Position numbers and translations under genes: made by a program. From Epithemia pelagica (Eukaryota > Protista > Bacillariophyta), in contig OX337229.1 of the NCBI GenBank assembly GCA_946965045.2, forward strand, positions 5,828,001-5,892,000: a DNA stretch of 64,000 nucleotides. The letters are read 5' to 3'. The first letter of the stretch is position 1. The number at the start of each line of letters is the position of its first letter. Under the pieces are notes generated by a model. The model was not told the DNA's origin, searched no databases, and saw nothing but the letters and a program-made list of their open reading frames with translations. Shown in pieces: positions 60,781-64,000 of the stretch.

Positions 60781-63300
60781 TTAGTAGGTAGTACTGGATT
60801 CCTCCGCATTGGTTAGGTCCTTCTCGTCTCTGTCATTGTTGTCGTGAGGAGGATCCACACTTGTCGTTGTTGTTGTTGTTGGGAGGTGATGGTGATGGTT
60901 GCTAGTGCTGCTCGTATCGATGACAGCACCACAAGTCGTAATTTGTTCTGGAATGTCGTCGTCAGAAAGCAGCTTCTGATGATGATTCTGGAGGACGGTG
61001 GTGGTGGTTTCATCATTCTCCAGAGGGACGCGCAACGACGACGACGACACGAGGCATGCGGGAGGGCCGTCCTCGTCCTGGCACACAGTAGGACTAATGT
61101 CTTGGCCATGGTCATGGTCCGTTTCGCTCCAATCGACAGGGTGTTGGTGGTGATCCTGGGATGTGCCAGGGACACTCGCAACAGCAACAGTCGCAGCAGT
61201 GTCTCTGGATGGTTCACTGAGAGCCGACGCAAGAGTCATGGTCGATTCACTTTCCGGATGGTCCTCTTGTTGTCGTGGTTTTCGCGATGGCTCTTGTGGT
61301 GGTGGCGTTTCTTGCGGATCTGGCTCTCCTTGTGCTCCTCCTCGTTGCGGTTCTTGTTCTTGTTGTTCTTCTTGTTCTTGTTGTTGTTCTTGTTGTTGCC
61401 GTCGTGGTGTTTGCGGTGGTTCTGAGATGGAAGACACGAGACTACTCGATGTACTCATGGTACTGTTGTGAGATGTGGAAGTGGTTGCGGTCGCGGTGCT
61501 ATGAATGCTATCGTTGCTGATCGGGTCCTCGTCCGAGTGGTGATGGTCCATTTCGTCGTTGTGGCTCGTGTTGCTGCCGAGCATGGTTTCGTTGTGGTTG
61601 GTGTTATTGCTTGTATCATCACGATGGTCCTGGGTTCCACTCCTGGGGGAAGGAGGAGCAGGACTTGTGTTGGTGTTGCTGCTGTTGCTGCTAGGATTGG
61701 TCGAGTGGGTGGCTTGAGTCGTGCCATTGTTACTATTGTGTGCCGAAGACGAATGAGGGTGGTGGTGATGATTTCGAAAGGGACCTCCTCCTCCCGCAAT
61801 CAAGGCCGTGACCACCAAACTCACGGCACCCGTCACGACACCCACCACGAAGGTTCCCAAGGATATCATCCATGGGGATGATGTTTGGTGTTGTTGTGCG
61901 GAATGTGGTTGTCGTGGTTGTTGGGAAGAAAAAGAAGTCGTGGGTCGTTGTGATGGTGGGGCTGGTCCATGTGGTGGTTGTTGTGGAGGAGTCGGAACTA
62001 CCCGGTCTGGTCGTTCCGATACAGTGGTCATGGCTGTTGTGGTTGTGGTTGTGTTGCTGGTGGTACTTGCTTCCATTGCGCTACTGCTGCCACTGCTACT
62101 CGCACTGCTGTTACTGCTGCTGGTGTGTGTCAATGCCGGGGACGAGGGACACACTTGAATGGACAAGGACGGCGATTCGTTCCTCGTACTACTCGTAGGA
62201 GAATCATTGTTGGATGGTGGAACCGTCGTCGCAATACTACCTCCCATTGGTTCTTCGAATGGCGTAGTTGTCGTTGTGGTTGGAGGTGGTGGACCCACCA
62301 AACGACAACAAGAAGTGGTGTTTGTAATGGTACAGGAGTCCCAAGGATGGCTGCTGGGTTCGGCATGATGATGCCAAAAGAGGGGTTGAAAGTGTTGAAT
62401 CTTGGTGCGACAGAGGGGACAGGACAAACTCACACTCATTGTTTTGGGTGGTTCTGAGTGTGGTGACTGCTGCTGCTGCTGCGTTGGTGATGGTGCTGGT
62501 GTCGGTTCGACTGTGGACAGTTGTTCTTCTTCAGCTGTTGCTGTTTCAGATGATGATGATGATGATTGTTGCAAGGGTTGAGAGGATGACGGCGATTCTT
62601 GCAGTTGTTCTAGTGCTGCTTGTGGTTGCTGCTGCTGTGTTGGTGCTTGTGGTTGTTCGACTGTGGACAATTCTTCTTCTTCTTCGGCTGCTGTTGCTGC
62701 TGCTGTTTCAGATGATGATGATGATTGTGGTTGTGGTGGTTCCTCGGACACTGCAGCTGCTGTTGCTGTTGCTGTTGATGGTTCCGGTGGTGGTAACTCC
62801 TGTGAGTTGACGACTGCGGTCGAGGGAGATTGCAATGGTGTAGTGGTGGTTGTTGTAGTGCTGCTGCTGCTTCGTCCAGTCATGAGAAGGAGACTGGGCA
62901 ATCGTTGCCACCATTGAGGCGTCAAAAAGAGATTGTGGGAGGAGGCAGACGATCGTTGTCGCTGTTGTTGTTGTTGTTGTTGCAGTTGGAGTGTTTGGGA
63001 ATCCAGTTCGTGTTGTTGCCAGGCTTGAAAACAAGACACATGAAAACAATGGCCACAGGGATGAGCCATGCCAAAGGGAGCGGCTACCACTTTGGGGGAT
63101 GGTGGCGATTTGGTGGTAGTGGGAGGGGAACCAGTAGTATCGGTAGAAGTGACGGGTGCTTCCGTCTCCACGACAACATTGACCGAATGACCTTCCCTTC
63201 CTGCTCCGAGACACTGGGTGTTGGATAATGCATCACGACCTATATGGGGATCGACCAAGATGGATTGCAGACAAAAGATGCAATCGTCTCCTTCTCTCAT
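60781..63300 (-). CDS. Split RING-H2 finger membrane protein (putative E3 ligase), mostly low complexity
   Basis: CIFC...PCGHCFHVSC...(~200 aa)...CPLC; TM ISLGTFVVGVVTGAVSLVVTALIA; probable ATG at 63300. Confidence 0.65.
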   Translation of the reverse strand: MREGDDCIFCLQSILVDPHIGRDALSNTQCLGAGREGHSVNVVVETEAPVTSTDTTGSPPTTTKSPPSPKVVAAPFGMAHPCGHCFHVSCFQAWQQHELDSQTLQLQQQQQQQRQRSSASSHNLFLTPQWWQRLPSLLLMTGRSSSSTTTTTTTPLQSPSTAVVNSQELPPPEPSTATATAAAVSEEPPQPQSSSSSETAAATAAEEEEELSTVEQPQAPTQQQQPQAALEQLQESPSSSQPLQQSSSSSSETATAEEEQLSTVEPTPAPSPTQQQQQSPHSEPPKTMSVSLSCPLCRTKIQHFQPLFWHHHAEPSSHPWDSCTITNTTSCCRLVGPPPPTTTTTTPFEEPMGGSIATTVPPSNNDSPTSSTRNESPSLSIQVCPSSPALTHTSSSNSSASSSGSSSAMEASTTSNTTTTTTAMTTVSERPDRVVPTPPQQPPHGPAPPSQRPTTSFSSQQPRQPHSAQQHQTSSPWMISLGTFVVGVVTGAVSLVVTALIAGGGGPFRNHHHHPHSSSAHNSNNGTTQATHSTNPSSNSSNTNTSPAPPSPRSGTQDHRDDTSNNTNHNETMLGSNTSHNDEMDHHHSDEDPISNDSIHSTATATTSTSHNSTMSTSSSLVSSISEPPQTPRRQQQEQQQEQEEQQEQEPQRGGAQGEPDPQETPPPQEPSRKPRQQEDHPESESTMTLASALSEPSRDTAATVAVASVPGTSQDHHQHPVDWSETDHDHGQDISPTVCQDEDGPPACLVSSSSLRVPLENDETTTTVLQNHHQKLLSDDDIPEQITTCGAVIDTSSTSNHHHHLPTTTTTTSVDPPHDNNDRDEKDLTNAEESSTTY

Positions 63301-64000
63301 CGTGATGAGAATGATGAGATGACTGCCAGAATGAAATGAGAAGAGGAGGACTCTTTGTTGGTCTTTGGCAATCTCACACTCTCGAATATCAGAGGCAGAC
63401 AGAACGAATGTCGGTTGGATGGAGAGCCGGGTCACAACCACAGTTCTGTGGGCATGCTTGTTGTCGTCTCGCGGGGGGTCTTTCTCTCAACAAGAGAATT
63501 TCCAAACTCGAAATACTGGGGAACGGATGACAACGGATGTACCGGATCGATTCCAATCCTCGTTCCTCTGTCGTTTGGGGGATTTCACACTCCACCTTTC
63601 GATGACGGATGCGTGTCCACTAAAATATTCGTAACGGTGTCACCTTGGAGGATTGTCGTTGAAGAGAGCGAGAAGATCTTTTTTCGTCGAGCAGAACCAC
63701 CACAGAATTCCCTCCAATCACTCGAAATCGAATACCACAGAAAAAATGAAGGAATGAGAGGTGGAGAGGTGTCACAATTCCCACCTGCGCGCGGGCCTGT
63801 CGGAACCACGACCGAAATGACCCAGCGACCTTGAAGCGACTGCGGATCACCAGGGAAGCGCGCGTGGCATCCCACGCGCTCGCGCGTTCCGGATCCTTTT
63901 CCCAAAAACCCCAACCACAATGACAACCGGACCGTAGTGTACTTCGAGAACCAGGTAAGACGAAGAACGACACCGAGTCCAAGAAGAAGAAGAAGAAGAA

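Overview
Eukaryotic genomic DNA, most likely from a pennate diatom (inferred from short GT-AG introns, a bipartite ASAF-type plastid presequence, a DUF6824-type protein, bifunctional DHFR-TS and RXL-motif secreted proteins). The first ~15 kb is mobile-element rich. It holds a degenerate Academ-like pair (DUF6589-like ORF convergent with a RecQ-like helicase, ~0.5-6.5 kb) and a 6.8-kb hAT DNA transposon (8076-14835) with an 8-bp target-site duplication. Besides its transposase, the hAT element carries a spliced passenger gene with 2OG-Fe(II) dioxygenase motifs that the ORF track misses, because an intron filled with an 86-bp minisatellite splits it. From 17.9 to 41.2 kb an old inverted duplication of two secreted/surface genes (a Pro/Thr/Lys-repeat dirigent-like protein and a Cys-rich GCC2/3-like membrane protein) flanks a plastid-targeted SYLD-repeat protein and a ~2600-aa multi-exon protein. 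The rest (42-63.5 kb) is a compact housekeeping block: eEF2, a mitochondrial carrier family protein, DHFR-TS, PSF1, a vacuolar sorting receptor, an IPNS-like 2OG oxygenase, a CRAL-TRIO protein, RPN11, a DUF6824 protein and a split RING-H2 protein. All domain calls come from motif recognition by eye; no database search was run.
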